64,000 bases of DNA, from assembly GCF_009914755.1 (NCBI RefSeq), contig NC_060928.1; one strand, given 5' to 3'. Numbering within the stretch: the first letter of the stretch is position 1; the number at the start of each line of letters is the position of its first letter. The DNA comes from the human T2T-CHM13v2.0 reference genome, Homo sapiens. Below, in pieces: positions 27,157 to 47,928 of the stretch. The notes under the pieces are model-generated. The model was not told where the DNA came from. It worked only from the letters and a program-made list of their open reading frames with translations, and made no database searches. A program made the translations under genes and the position numbers.

Positions 27157-27533
27157 TGTTATGGGCTTAGTTGTGTCCCATCCCCCACAAAAAAAAAATT
27201 GATATGCTGAATTCCTAACCCCCAGTACCTCAGAATGTGACTCTATTTGGAGATAAGGCCTTTAAAGAGGTAATTAAGGTAAAATGAAGTCACATGGGTG
27301 GGCCCTAATACAGTATGATTGGCATTCTTATAAAAAGGTGAAATTCAGACACAGACACAGAGGAAAGACTATGTAAAGACAGAGGGAGAAGATGGCCATC
27401 CACAAGCCAGGGAGAGACCTGAGAAGAAATCAATCCTGTCAGCAGCCTCCAGAACTGGAAGGCAATATGTTTCTGTTTTTTAAGCCATCCAGCCTGTGGT
27501 ATTTTGTTAGGGCAGCCCTGGAAAACTAATACA
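27157..27533 (+). mobile_element. MLT1B-like MaLR solo LTR
   Basis: tgttatgggc...aaactaataca termini; 5-bp TSD ctacc/ctccc. Confidence 0.9.
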
Positions 27534-27756
27534 CTCCCTCTGATTAGACTGTGGCTCCTAAACTCATTACTGTGGTGCCAGCTCTGAATGCCAGACTGTA
27601 TCCCTCTACCTACTGGATGTCACCACATGGATGTCTCAAAAATATTTCAAGAATTCAATGTATGTTGGCTCATCCAGTTACCTGTGCCAGAAACATGGTC
27701 ACTGTATTAGACCCTACTTGTACCCCACATCATATCCTCTTAGCCCACCTCTAATT

Positions 27757-28183
27757 GTAGTTTCACTTCAAGTCATTCTCTCATATTTTTTACCTCAGGT
27801 TTTCTTTAGAATTCTAATAACCTGCTCAGCAGCTTTCAAGCATAGAGGAGTTAACATCCCTGGAGGCAACCCTAAACCAAAGAGAAATGAGAGTCAGAGA
27901 AGAAAGGCTCAGTCTTCAGTCTTTCAAAGGGTCACTTCTGAAAAGCTTTCAACATGGTTTCTCAGGGAATTCCTACAATATGTGCCCCAGGGTTTTACAG
28001 CAATAAATAGTTCAATAATGCACCCTTTACTGGCTTTCTTCCTTCCCTGAATTAGATTTTCTCCTTCCCTAACACACTCTCCTCATTCTGTCACTCTTAT
28101 TTCTTGGGATCATCTCTAAAATAAACTTCCTGCATCCCAGTTATTGACACAGACTTGCTTTTAGGGAGAAACCACACTAAGAG
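27757..28183 (+). mobile_element. LTR16-like ERVL LTR
   Basis: ggagttaacatccctggaggcaaccct...cttgggatcatctctaaaataaact...tgcttttagggagaaaccacactaaga. Confidence 0.7.
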
Positions 28184-30254
28184 AGTCAATATCATTCCCT
28201 TATCTTTCTCCTTTATATACCCTCTCTGGCCATCAATTATCAAGCCATAGTAATTCTACTATGGTTTTCAAATTGATCTACTCTCTTTAAGTCCACTGCC
28301 TTTATCTTAAGATAGGCTATCATCAACTCTTAACTGGATAATTTGCTGTCTTCTGTCTCCCTGCCTTGCAAATTGTCCCTTACCAAGTTATTTTCCACGG
28401 GGAAGTCAATGTGTGCTTTCTAAATGGACTATCTAATCCTACTCACTCATAGTAACCTTCAATTATTTCCCATTGTCTTTAATATGAGTTCCTTAATATG
28501 ATTTTTGAGGTTTGTCCTAATAAAGACCTAGTTTTCCTCCACAGTCACATCTCACCATTCCTACTTCTTACTTCATACACTAATCACACTGAGCTACTCT
28601 CAGGTCTCTGACCAGCCATGTGGTCTGTCACCTCAGGACCTTTGCACATGCTGCCTCTTTCTCTTGAAATGCACTTCTTCATTCCTCATCTCCACTTCCA
28701 GCTTCTTACTACTTCTAGTTTAGACCGCATTTACTCTTGAAAATCTTCTCATGTTAATTTTTGGTTAAGTGCCCCTCCTATGTGTTCTTAAAACATTACA
28801 CTGTATTTTAATTACCTGTCTAGATTTGTTTATGTCATCTATTCAATTAGAGTATTTGAAGTTTTCTATTTCTCATTGTGTCTAAAATGCTCCACATATT
28901 TTAGGTATTCAATAAATACTGATAGAATAAATGAATTAATGAGTAAAATAAAAATGTTAAATAATGTTAAATTTTTTAACAACAAAAAAACTGGCAAACA
29001 AATTTTCAAATCATATAAAAAGAGCTGAAGGAAAACAGAAGCAAGGTGGATAAATAGGAACCCTATAAAAATCTAGGACAAAAACCCTATCTTCAGAAAT
29101 CTTTGCTATCATCATTGCCATAACCATGGATACACGCCTACTCGGATTTTTTTAAATGCATTACTTAGAAAGCAATTTTAAAGCTTATACTATAAAGCAG
29201 GCATTTTTAAATGGAAAAATTAAGTCAATCCCATATGTTAGTCTGGAATGGCATTTTATGGAGATGGCTTTAATTTATGAACTCGCCCAATAGAACTGCA
29301 AGGTGTTGAACAGAGCTAGCCTTCACTAAGACTTAAAAGTACATAACATCTGTTCCAGGCCTTTGACTCCATAATCTCTCACCCTGACAACACCCTTTCT
29401 CCTCTTCCTGCTTATGCTGCAGGTCCTTGCTCTGAAATCTGAAGACTCCTGAGTCTGCCCACTGCCACACACCTTGGTGAATGTAAGAGTCTCACCAGGA
29501 TTTCCTGGTGAATTTCTCTTCCCAGCTATCACCCATGTAAACAGTATGTTATTACTGACACTCCCTATACTTCCACTTTGTTGGATGCAAACAAATACAG
29601 CATTTGAGCGGACCTGTGGGGATTTCAGGTCAGCTGAAGTGAAGAGGTTGGTTTCCCAGGAAATCTACAGGAAATACATGGAGGGCAAGGCACAGCCTTG
29701 ATGAACCTTACAAACTGCTCTCAGTGAGTGGTTCTCATCAAGGAAGCCTCAAGATGGTGAAGAATGCATGTTCTAGCTGGGACCCTGTCAGCAGCGCATT
29801 GCTACCACCAAGTTAAAGTTATTTCCAGCACAAACCAGTGTTGTTTTGCTCAAGAGAATGCTTAATCCCTACCAGCCTCTTAGCAACCGTGTGCCATTAT
29901 TCTCAAGAGAAGGGGCAGGGCAGGAACAATATTACCCCATCACTGAAAAACCCTCAAGTTGCAGAACATGCTAATGATGAGCTGGTAAAAACATTGCCAT
30001 CACTAACTATATGAGAAAGCCACTATAGAAATCAGTTCCTTAAAAACACTGTAAGACTGCATGATTATTTTGATTCTCAATTTAACAGGCAATAACTTTT
30101 ACTACAAGTAAACTTTGGTTTGATTCCAAAGAATAGCTAACGAGATCATGCAAATTTCAAAAATACAATTCCTTCACTTATTCAACAGATATTTTTGGGG
30201 TGCCTAGTAGACACTCTTCTGTGTACTGAACAATCATCGATGAACAAAACAGGT

Positions 30255-30475
30255 TGCCGGGTGGTGGGGAGGAGAAGGGGAGGGGATGGTTAATAGGTAC
30301 AAAAAAATAATTAAAATTAATGAATAAGTCCTAGTATCTGACAGCACAACAGGGTGACTATCGTCAATAATAATTTAATTGTACATTTAAAAATAACTAG
30401 AAGAATATAATTAGATTGCAACACAAAGGATAAATGCTTGAGGGAGTGAATACCCCATCTTCCATGATGTGCATA
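30255..30475 (+). mobile_element. L1MA 3' fragment
   Basis: gatggttaataggtacaaaaaa...gcacaacagggtgacta...caaaggataaatgcttgagg. Confidence 0.8.
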
Positions 30476-30784
30476 TAATATTAAGTGGGGAGAAAAACAC
30501 AAGAATACAAAACTATAGAATATAATACTTGAGCTTATAAGAACAATTAATTGAGGCATATATAGGCAAAAATAAGCTTTCAGACATAGATATTGATTTA
30601 GGAAAAGAAAAGAAAACATAGATATACATAACAGCTACTAGTGTTATATTTGGCATGAGATTACCAATAGTATTTTTTAAAGTATTTCCTGCGCTTTCTA
30701 AAATTTCATAATGAGTACATCATCGGTGGCAAATTAATACTACATCATGTATGTTTAAATGCAAAAAACAGGATGAGATGCCAC

Positions 30785-31410
30785 TTTATTCATCACTGCC
30801 AAAACTTGGAGGCAACCAAGATCTCCTTCAGTAGGTGAATGTAAAAATAAACAGTAGTATAGGCATACAATGGAATATTATACAGTAGTGTAGGCATACA
30901 ATGGAATATTATAAAAAGAAATAAACTATCGAGCCACAAAAAGACATGGAGGAATTTAAGTGCATATTGATAAATGAAAGAAGTCAATCTGCAAGGGCTA
31001 CATACTGTATGATTCCAACTATGTGACCTTCCATGGAAGGCAAAACTATGGCAACAATCAAACGATCAGCAGTTGCCAAAAGGCCGAGAGGAGGCAGGGA
31101 TGCTTAATAGGTACAACACAGAGCATTTTAGGACAGTACTACTATTCAGTATACACCGTAGTGGTGGATATATATTATATATTACCAAACCCTGACGTAC
31201 AGCACCAAGAGCGAAGCTTAATGTAAACAGTGGGCTTTAGTTAATAATAATGTATCAATATTGGCTCATCAATTGCAACAAATATATTGCAATAATGCAA
31301 AATGTTACTAAGAGAAACTTGTAGAGGGATACAAGGAGGTTTATGGCAACTCTCTGCTCATTTTTCTGTCGACCTAAAACTGTTCTAAAATAGAATTTAT
31401 TAATTTTTTA
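30785..31410 (+). mobile_element. L1MC1/2-like 3' fragment
   Basis: gccaaaacttggaggcaaccaagat...gctacatactgtatgattccaact...; contains a 31-bp tandem duplication at 30851-30912. Confidence 0.8.
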
Positions 31411-31663
31411 AGCAATAGGCTAAGATGAACTCTCTCACTTTGACCTTCCAGTGTTATAGGATTCAACCCATGGATAATACAGGTTTGGGCCGTAACCCCA
31501 AAAGACACAATCCTGAAGGCCATAATCCCAAATGTTGAAATCCCAAAAGATCAAAATCCTTAAAATCCCAAAAATCACCATCCTGAAAAGTCAAAATTCC
31601 AAAAATAAAACTCTGGAAAAAATAAATTTAAAAAATTATTTAAAAGACATTTGTTTACATTTT

Positions 31664-31967
31664 CATTTTTATTACTTATTATTATTATTATTATTTGAGA
31701 CAGAGTCACTTTGTCACTCAGGCTGGAGTGCAGTGGCTCAATCTTGGTTCACTGAAACTTCTGCCTCCCGGTACAAGTGACTCTCGTGCCTCAAACTCCC
31801 AGAAGTACAGGCGCACACCACCATGCCCAGCTAATTTTTTGTATTTTTAGTAGAGATGGGATTTCGCTATGTTGGCCAGACTGGTCTGAAACTCCTGACC
31901 TCAAGTGATCCACTCACCTTGGCCTCCCAAGTGTTGTGATTATAGGCATGAGCCACCGCACCCAGCC
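31664..31967 (-). mobile_element. AluS inside Ricksha
   Basis: (TTA)n tail; TSD tacatttt at 31656-31663 and 31968-31975. Confidence 0.9.
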
Positions 31968-32138
31968 TACATTTTTAAAAGGAAACTTACTTGAGAAACA
32001 CGTAAAAACATAGCTGAACACTTCATATGCCACTTTTTGCAATAAAATGGGCAATGATAATGACATATTTTTGCAAGAATAAAACTCAGGTATACTAACA
32101 ACAGTTGCACAAGTGTGGCAGTTATAAGCAGACAAACT

Positions 32139-34601
<2,463 letters not shown>

Positions 34602-34719
34602 AAAGAAATATGTCAAAAGCAAAATATATAAACCCATGTAACTATGGTTGGTAGTTGTGAGCTCCCAGCTTTATAACTGCAGTCATCTGAAATACCATAT
34701 CAGACAACCTAATTCTTTT

Positions 34720-35011
34720 TTATTTTTTTTTGAGATGGAGTCTCACTCTGTTGCCCAGGCTGGAGTGCAGTGGCATGATCTCAGCTCACTGCAACCTCCG
34801 TTCCCTGGGTTCAAATGATTCTCGTGCCTCAGCCTCCTGAGTAGCTGGGATTACAGGTGTGCACCACCACACCCGGCTAACTTTTGTATTTTTAGTAGAG
34901 ATGGGGTTTCACCATGTTGATCAGGCTGGTCTTGAACTCCTGACCTCGTGATCCACCCACCTCTGCCTCCCAAAGTGCTGGGATTACAGGCGTGAGCCAC
35001 CGTGCCTGGCC
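34720..35011 (-). mobile_element. AluS (Sg/Sc-like) inside Ricksha
   Basis: TSD aacctaattctttt at 34706-34719 and 35015-35028. Confidence 0.92.
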
Positions 35012-35290
35012 CCTAACCTAATTCTTTTAATAAGATCAATCAAAGACCATGATGGGGTCATCACCACATATGCAGTCACCCAAAGAGTTGAGAGCTTGAG
35101 AATTTTATCTTTCACAAATGCAGATGTACAAAAGGGACATCTCTTCATTTACTGAGGAAGTTTCAACATTTTTATATACATACACAATACTTACACGGAA
35201 AGAACCTTGTGCCAATGCACTTTTGTGGAGTCAAATTTGCAAAAAAAATGCATAAAATAAATTAGCACTCTCTAAAAGTTTTTGCACAAT

Positions 35291-35638
35291 TTATACCTCC
35301 AGTATTGGAAATGATGCAAAGATAAGATATGTAGCATAGCAAATTGACACAATGTGGAAGTGGCAGAAGTTACATGTGATTGAATAATTTGGCAGAAGAG
35401 ATTTCTTCTGTGTTTTCACTTCTATGATTGAAATACTTGCTGCACTTGTGTTTAGAGAGTGGTTGTAACCTATAAATTTTGTAAGTATATGCTGTCCATT
35501 TGAAAATCTGGTTATTGCTTGGCCATTGCAATTAAACAATTTTCTACTTTCACAACACCAATAATAATTAATTTTCAAACTTATATCTTTCATAGTTAAG
35601 TAGCTTTGTACACTTAATTTATCACAGCCTTTATGCAT
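35291..35638 (-). pseudogene. Ricksha transposase N-terminal remnant (FLYWCH/WRKY-GCM1-type zinc finger)
   Basis: ...YYWCCESRKLFNC-x20-YNH fits W-x-C-x7-C-x20-H-x-H with the first His codon read as TAC. Confidence 0.7.
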
Positions 35639-35722
35639 GGGGATAATTTCACCGATCTCTTCCTTTGTGTTTCAAGAAATGCAGTAAGAAGGAATAATAT
35701 TTGGCTTTCCCAGTATCGAATC

Positions 35723-36561
<839 letters not shown>

Positions 36562-37007
36562 AAACTTGGCACCCATATGCATCTCCTTAAACCATACTTA
36601 ATTTCCAAATAACGACAGTAACGAGGTAATAGTTCTGCCTAACATGATGCAACGAGCATAATGCATCTATCTTGCATAAAATAAAAAACACACTAATTCC
36701 TTCCTTAGAATTCAGCTTTCAGGATTTAAACATTTGGAATTTAATCTTTCAGGGGTATAATTTTCAAGATTTTAGTTATTAGCAATTTAGATATTAGCGA
36801 CTTTTACGGATTTCAAGTTTTCAGGATTTCAACATTTGGGACTATGTATTTTAGGATTATGATTGATACTGAACAAAACAGTGATTCCCAGATCTTGGAA
36901 CTTTAGAAACAATAAAATTTTCCTTAAAAGGTTAAGGGGAGAAGACAAAGAGTTTTCCACTCCTCCTTTGCCAAGTAAGCACACTAAACATACACATGTG
37001 TATCTGC

Positions 37008-37034
37008 ACACACACACACACATACACACACACA
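37008..37034. repeat. Interrupted (CA)n
   Basis: Directly visible. Confidence 0.85.
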
Positions 37035-37129
37035 TATAACCAGACAATATTCCATAAAAAAGAATCTCTCTTCACAGTATTCCATTAAGGAGAAGGACAT
37101 TTTATCACATAAAAATTAAGAGTATGATT

Positions 37130-37432
37130 TTTTAAACTCTTTATGGCTTTTTTTATTTAGCATAATTATTACACAATTCATTTTTGTTGTATGTATCAGA
37201 AGTTCACTGTTTTTATTGCTTAATAGTATTCCATTGTTTATATCCAACAATTTGTTTATCTGGGCATCAGCAAAAGAGACCATTTAGGTTTTTTTCTATT
37301 TTTGGCTGTTGCAAATGAAATGGTTATTAACATTCATATACAAGTCTTTGTGTGGATGCATGCTTTCTTTTTTGTTTTTTGTTTTTTGGATAATTACCTA
37401 GGAGTGGAATGGCTTAATTCTATAGTAAGTGT
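37130..37432 (-). mobile_element. Old L1M fragment (host of the L1PA7/8)
   Basis: tagtattccattgt..., caagtctttgtgtggat..., tacctaggagtggaatggct. Confidence 0.7.
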
Positions 37433-38079
37433 ATTTTATTTTATTTTATTATTTTACTTTAGGTTCTGGGATACATGTGCAGAATGTGCAGGTTTGTTAT
37501 ATAGGTATACACGTGCCATGGTGGTTTGCTTCACCTATTAACCCATCATCTAGGTTTTAAGCCCTGCATGCATTAGGTATTTGTCCTAATGCTCTCCCTC
37601 CCTTTGCCCCCCACCCCCCGACAGGCCCCAGTGTGTGATGTTCTGCTCCCTGTGTCCATGTGTTCTCATTGTTCAACTACCACTTATGAGTGAAAATATG
37701 CAGTGTTTGGTTTTCTGTTCCTGTGTTAGTTTGCTGAGAATGATGGTTTCCAGCTAGACCCATGTTCCTGCAAAGACATGAACTCATCGTTTTTTATAGC
37801 TGCACAGTACTCCATGGTGTATATGTGCCACATTTTCCTTATCCAGTCTATCATTGTTGGGCATTGGGGTTGGTTCCAAGTCTTTGCTATTGTAAATAGT
37901 GCTGCAATAAACATATGTGTGCATGTGTCTTTAAAGTAGAATGATGTATAATCCTTTGGCTATAGACACAGTAATGGGATTGCTGAGTCAAATGGTATTT
38001 CTGGTTCTAGATCTTTGAGGAATCCCCACACTGTCTTCCACAATGGTTGAACTAGTTCACACTCCCACCAACAGCATAA

Positions 38080-38505
<426 letters not shown>

Positions 38506-39699
38506 TTGATTTGCATTTCTCTAATGACCAGTGATGATGAGCTTTTTTTCATATGTTTGTTGGCCACATAAATATCTTCTTCTGAGAAGGGTCTGTTCAT
38601 ATCCTTCCAACACTTTTTGATGGGGTTGTTTGATTTTTCTTGTAAATTTGTTTAAGTTCCTCGTAGATTCTGGATATTAGATCTATATCAGATGGATAGG
38701 TTGCAAAAATTTTCTCCCATTCTGTAGGTTACCTGTTCACTCTGATGATAGTTTATTTTGCTGTGCAGAAGCTCTTTAATTAGATCCCATTTGTCAATTT
38801 TGGCTTTTGTTGCCATTGCTTTTGGTGTCTTAGTCATGAAGTCTTTGCCCATGCCTATGTTTTGAATGGTATTACCTAGGTTTTCTTCTAGGGTTTTTAT
38901 GGTTTTAGGTTTAAGTCTTTAATCCATCTTGAGTTAATTTTTGTATAAGGTGTAAGGAAGGGGTCCAGTTTTAGTTTTCTGCATATGGCTAGCCAGTTTT
39001 CCCAGCACCATTTATTAAGTAGGGAATCATTTCCCCATTGCTTGTTTTTGTCAGGTTTGTTGAAGATCAGATGATTGTAAACGTGTGGTGTTTTGTCTGA
39101 GGCCTCTGTTCTGTCTCCCCTTTCGTCTATATGTCTGTTTTGGTTCCTGTACCATGTTGTTTTGGTTACTGTAGTCTTGTAGTATAGTTTGAAGTCAGGT
39201 AGCATGATGCCTCCAGCTTTGTTATTTTTGCTTAGGATTGTCTTGGTTATACAGGCTCCTTTGGTTCCATATGAAATTTAAAGTAGTTTTTCAAATGCTG
39301 CAAAGAAAGGCAATGGTAGCTTGATGGGAATAGCAGTGAATCTATAAATTACTTTGGGCAGTATGGCCATTTTCAAGATGATTTTTCCTATCCAAGAGCA
39401 GGAAATTTTTTCCATTTGTTTGTGTCCTCTCTTATTTCCTTGAGCAGTGGTTTGTCATTCTCCTTGAAGAGGTCCTTCACATCCCTTGTAATTTGTATTC
39501 CTAGGTATTTTATTCTCTTTGTAGTGATTGTGAATGGGAGTTCACTCATGATTTGGCTCTCTGCTTGTCTATTATTGGTGTATAGGAATGCTTGCGATTT
39601 TTGCACATTGATTTTATATCCTGAGACTTTGCTGAAGTTGCTTATCAGCTTTAGGAGTTTTGGGGCTGAGACAAGGAGTTTTGGGGCTGAGACAATGGG

Positions 39700-39994
<295 letters not shown>

Positions 39995-41175
39995 AACAAT
40001 GGGGTTTTCTAAAATATACAATCATGTCATCTGCAAACAGAGATAGTTTGACTTCCTCTCTTCCTATTTGATTACCTTTATTTCTTTCTCTTGCCTGATT
40101 GCCCTGGCCGGAACTCCCAATACTATGTTAAATAGGAGTGGTGAGAGAGGCCATCCTTGTCTTGTGCTGGTTTTCAAAGGGAATGCTTCCAGCTTTTGCC
40201 ATTCAGTATAATATTGGCTATGGGTTTGTCATAGATAGCTCTTATTATTTTTAGATATGTTCCATCAATACCCAGTTTATTGAGAGTTTTTACCATGAAG
40301 GGATGATGAATTTTATCAAAGGCCTTTTCTGCATCTATTGAGGAAATCGTGTGGTTTTTGTCATTGGTTCTGTTTATATGATGGATTACGTTTATTGATT
40401 TGTGTACGTTGACCCAGCATTGCATCCCAGGGACGAAGCCGACTTGACTGTGGTGGATAAGCTTTTTGATGTGCTGCTGGATTCAGTTTGCCAGTATTTT
40501 ATTGACGATTTTTGTGTCGATGTTCATCAGGGATATTGACTCGAAATTTTCTTTTTTTGTTGTGTCCCTGCCAGGTTTTGGTATCAGGATGACTGAGAGG
40601 AGTTCCTCTTTTTCTATTATTTGGAATAGTTTCAGAAGTAATGGCACCAGCTCCTCTTTGTACCTCTGGTAGAATTCAGCTGTAAATCCATCTGGTCCTG
40701 GGATTTTTTTGGTTGGTAGGCTATTAATTATTGCCTCAATTTCAGAACTTGTTATTGGTCTATTCAAGGATTCAACTTCTTCCTGGTTTGCTCTTGAGGG
40801 GATGTATGTGTCCAGGAAATTATTCATTTCTCCTAAATTTTCTAGTTTATTTGCATAGAGGTGTTTATAGTATTCTCTGATGGTAGTTTGTACTTCTCTG
40901 GGATCAGTGGTGATATCTCCTTCATCATTTTTTGTTGTGCCTATTTGATTTTTCTCTTTTTCTTTTTTTTTATTATACTGGAAGTTTTAGGGTACATGTG
41001 CACAACGTGCAGGTTAGTTACATATGTATACATGTGCCATGTTGGTGTGCTGCACCCATTAATTCATCATTTAACATTAGGTATATCTCCTAATGCTATC
41101 CTGCCCCCTCCCCCCACCCCACAACAGGCCCTGGTGTGTGATGTTCCCCTTCCTGTGTCCATGTGTTCTCATTGT

Positions 41176-45039
<3,864 letters not shown>

Positions 45040-45087
45040 TTATTTTGCTCATTGGTTGATGCAGTTTCTTCCTAGCCTCGATGGTCT

Positions 45088-46104
45088 TTACAATTTGGCA
45101 TGTTTTTGCAGTGGCTGGTACCAGTTGTTCCTTTCCATGTTTAGTGCTTCCTTCAGGAGCTCTTTTAGGGCAGGCCTGGTGGTGACAAAATCTCTCAGCA
45201 TTTGCTTGTCTGTAAAGGATTTTATTTCTCCTTCACTTATGAAGCTTAGTTTGGCAGGATATGAAATTCTGGGTTGAAAATTTTTTTCTTTAAGAATGTT
45301 GAATATTGGCCCCCACTCTCTTCTGGCTTGTAAAATTTCTGCCGAGAGATCAGCTGTTAGTCTGATGGGCTTCCCTTTGTGGGTAACCTGACCTTTCTCT
45401 CCGGCTGCCCTTAACATTTTTTCCTTCATTTCAACTTTGGTGAATCTGACAATTATGTGTCTTGGGGTTGCTCTTCTCAAGGAGTATCTTTGTGGCGTTC
45501 TCTGTATTTCCTGAATTTGAATGTTGGCCTGCCTTGCTAGATTGGAGAAGTTCTCCTGGATAATATCCTGCAGAGTGTTTTCCAACTTGGTTCCATTCTC
45601 CCAGTCACTTTCAGGTACACCAATCAAACATAGATTTGGTCTTTTCACATAGTCCCATATTTCTTGGAGGTTTTGTTTGTTTCTTTTTATTCTTTTTTCT
45701 CTAAACTTCTCTTCTCACTTCATTTCATTCATTTGATCTTCCATCACTGATACCCTTTCTTCCAGTTGATCCAATCGGCTACTGAGGCTTGTGCATTCGT
45801 CACATAGTTCTCGTGCCTTGGTTTTCAGCCCCTTCAGGTCCTTTAAGGACCTCTCTGCATTGGTTATTCTAGTTAGCCATTCATCTAATTTCTTTTCAAG
45901 GTTTTTAACTTCTTTACCATGGGTTCGAACTTCCTCCTTTAGCTTGGAGTAGTTTGATTGTCTGAAGCCTTCTTCTCTCAACTCGTCAAAGTCATTCTCT
46001 GTCCAGCTTTGTTCCATTGCTGGTGAGGAGCTGCGTTCCTTTGGAGGAGGAGAGGTGCTCTGATTTTTAGAGTTTCCAGTTTTTCTGTTCTGTTTTTTCC
46101 CCAT
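45088..46104 (-). pseudogene. L1 ORF1p (338 codons, in frame, premature stop at codon 130)
   Basis: MGKKQNRKTGNSK...QKHAKL; both ORF-track pieces share a frame, with TGA at 45717-45715. Confidence 0.9.
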
Positions 46105-47220
46105 CTTTGCAGTTTTATCTACCTTTGGTCTTTGATGATGGTGATGTACAGATGGGGTTTTGGTGAGGATGTCCTTTCTGTTTGTTAGTTTTCCTTCTAA
46201 CAGTCAGGACCCTCAGCTGCAGGTCTGTTGGAGTTTGCTGGAGGTCCACTCCAGACCCTGTTTGCCTGGGTATCAGCAGCGGAGGCTGCAGAACAGCGGA
46301 TACTGGTGAGCAGCAAATGTTGTTGCCTGATTGTTCCTCTGGAAGTTTTGTCTCAGAAGAGTACCCAGACATATGAGGTGTCAGTCTGCCCCTACTAGGG
46401 GGTGCCTCCCAGTTAGGCTATTTGGGGGTCAGGGACCCACTTGAGGAGGCAGTCTATCCGTTCTCAGATCTCCAGCTGCATGCTGGAAGAACCACTACTC
46501 TCTTCAAAGTTGTCAGACAGGGACATTTAAGTCTGCAGAGGATTCTGCTGCCTTTTGTTTGTCTATGCCCTGCCCCCAGAGGTGGAGTCTACAGAGGCAG
46601 GCAGGCCTCCTTGAGCTGTGGTAGGCTCCACCCAGTTCGAGCTTCCCGGCTGCTTTGTTTACCTACTCTAGCCTCGGCAATGGTGGCCGCCCCTCCCCCA
46701 GCCTCGCTGCCACCTTGCAGTTTGATCTCAGACTGCTGTGCTAGCAATGAGTGAGGCTACGTGGGTGTAGGACCCTCTGAGCCACGTGCGGGATATAATC
46801 TCCTGGTGTGCTGTTTGCTAAGGCCATTGGAAAAGCGCAGTATTAGGGTGGGAGTGACCTGATTTTCCAGGTGCCATCTGTCACCCCTTTCTTTGACTAG
46901 GAAAGGGAATTCCCTGACCCCTTGCACTTCCCAGGAGAGGCAATGGCGTGCCCTGCTTTGGCTCATGCTCGGTGCACTGCAACCACTGTCCTGCACCCAC
47001 TTTCCGACACTCCCCAGTGAGATGAACCCGGTACCTCAGTTGGAAATGCAGAAATCACCCGTCTTCTGCGTTGCTCACGCTGGGAGCTGTAGACTGGAGC
47101 TGTTCCTATTCAGCCATCTTGGCTCCACCCCTCTCTTTTTCTTTACTAGTCTAGCTAATGGTGTGTTTTGTTAATCTTTTCAAAAAAAAACAGTTCATTG
47201 ATTTTTTGAAGGGTTTTTCA

Positions 47221-47313
<93 letters not shown>

Positions 47314-47613
47314 TCATTTTGATGTTCGGGTGTTGATTTCAGATCTTTCTAGCTTTTGGATGTGGGCATTTAGTGCTATAAATTTCCCTCTTAACATTGC
47401 TTTAGCTATGTCACAGAGATTCTGGCATGTTGTCTCTTTGTTCTTGTTGGTTTCAAATAACTTCTTTATTTATGCCTTAATTTCTTATTTACCCAGTAGT
47501 CATTCAGGAGCAGGTTGTTCAATTTCCATGTAGTTACATGGTTTTGAGTGACTTTCATAATCCTGAGTTCTAACTTGATTGCACTGTGGCCTGAGAGACT
47601 GGTATGATTTCCG

Positions 47614-47620
<7 letters not shown>

Positions 47621-47648
<28 letters not shown>

Positions 47649-47928
47649 CAGCTGGAGTCTTGCTCCTTTGCCCAGGCTGGAGTGCAGTGGTGAGATCTTG
47701 GCTCACTGAAACCCCTGCTTCTTGGGTTCAAACGATTCTCCTGCCTCAGCCTCCCAAGTAGCTGGGATTACAGGCATGCATCACCATGCCTGGCTAATTT
47801 TTGTATTTTTAGTAGAGGCAGAGTTTCACCATGTTGGCCAGGCTGGTCTCAAACTCCTGACCTCATGATCTGCCCACCTCAGCCTCCTAAAGTGCTGGGA
47901 TTACCGGTGTGAGCCACTGTGCCTGGCC
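47621..47928 (-). mobile_element. AluS (Sg-like) in outer L1
   Basis: TSD atttcc(g/t)ttctttt at 47607-47620 and 47930-47943. Confidence 0.92.

Larger units (their letters stand above)
26570..28945 (+). mobile_element. L2 (long, interrupted by MLT1B and LTR16)
   Basis: cccttgacttccagg..., tggatgtcacca..., cctcaggacctttgcacatgctg, tail attcaataaatact...gaataaatgaattaatga. Confidence 0.7.

Noticed and set aside
30851-30912. 31-bp tandem duplication
   Set aside because: Ordinary slippage inside an old L1 fragment.
46906-46915. Palindromic kappaB-like GGGAATTCCC
   Set aside because: Part of the standard L1PA 5'UTR sequence, not locus-specific.
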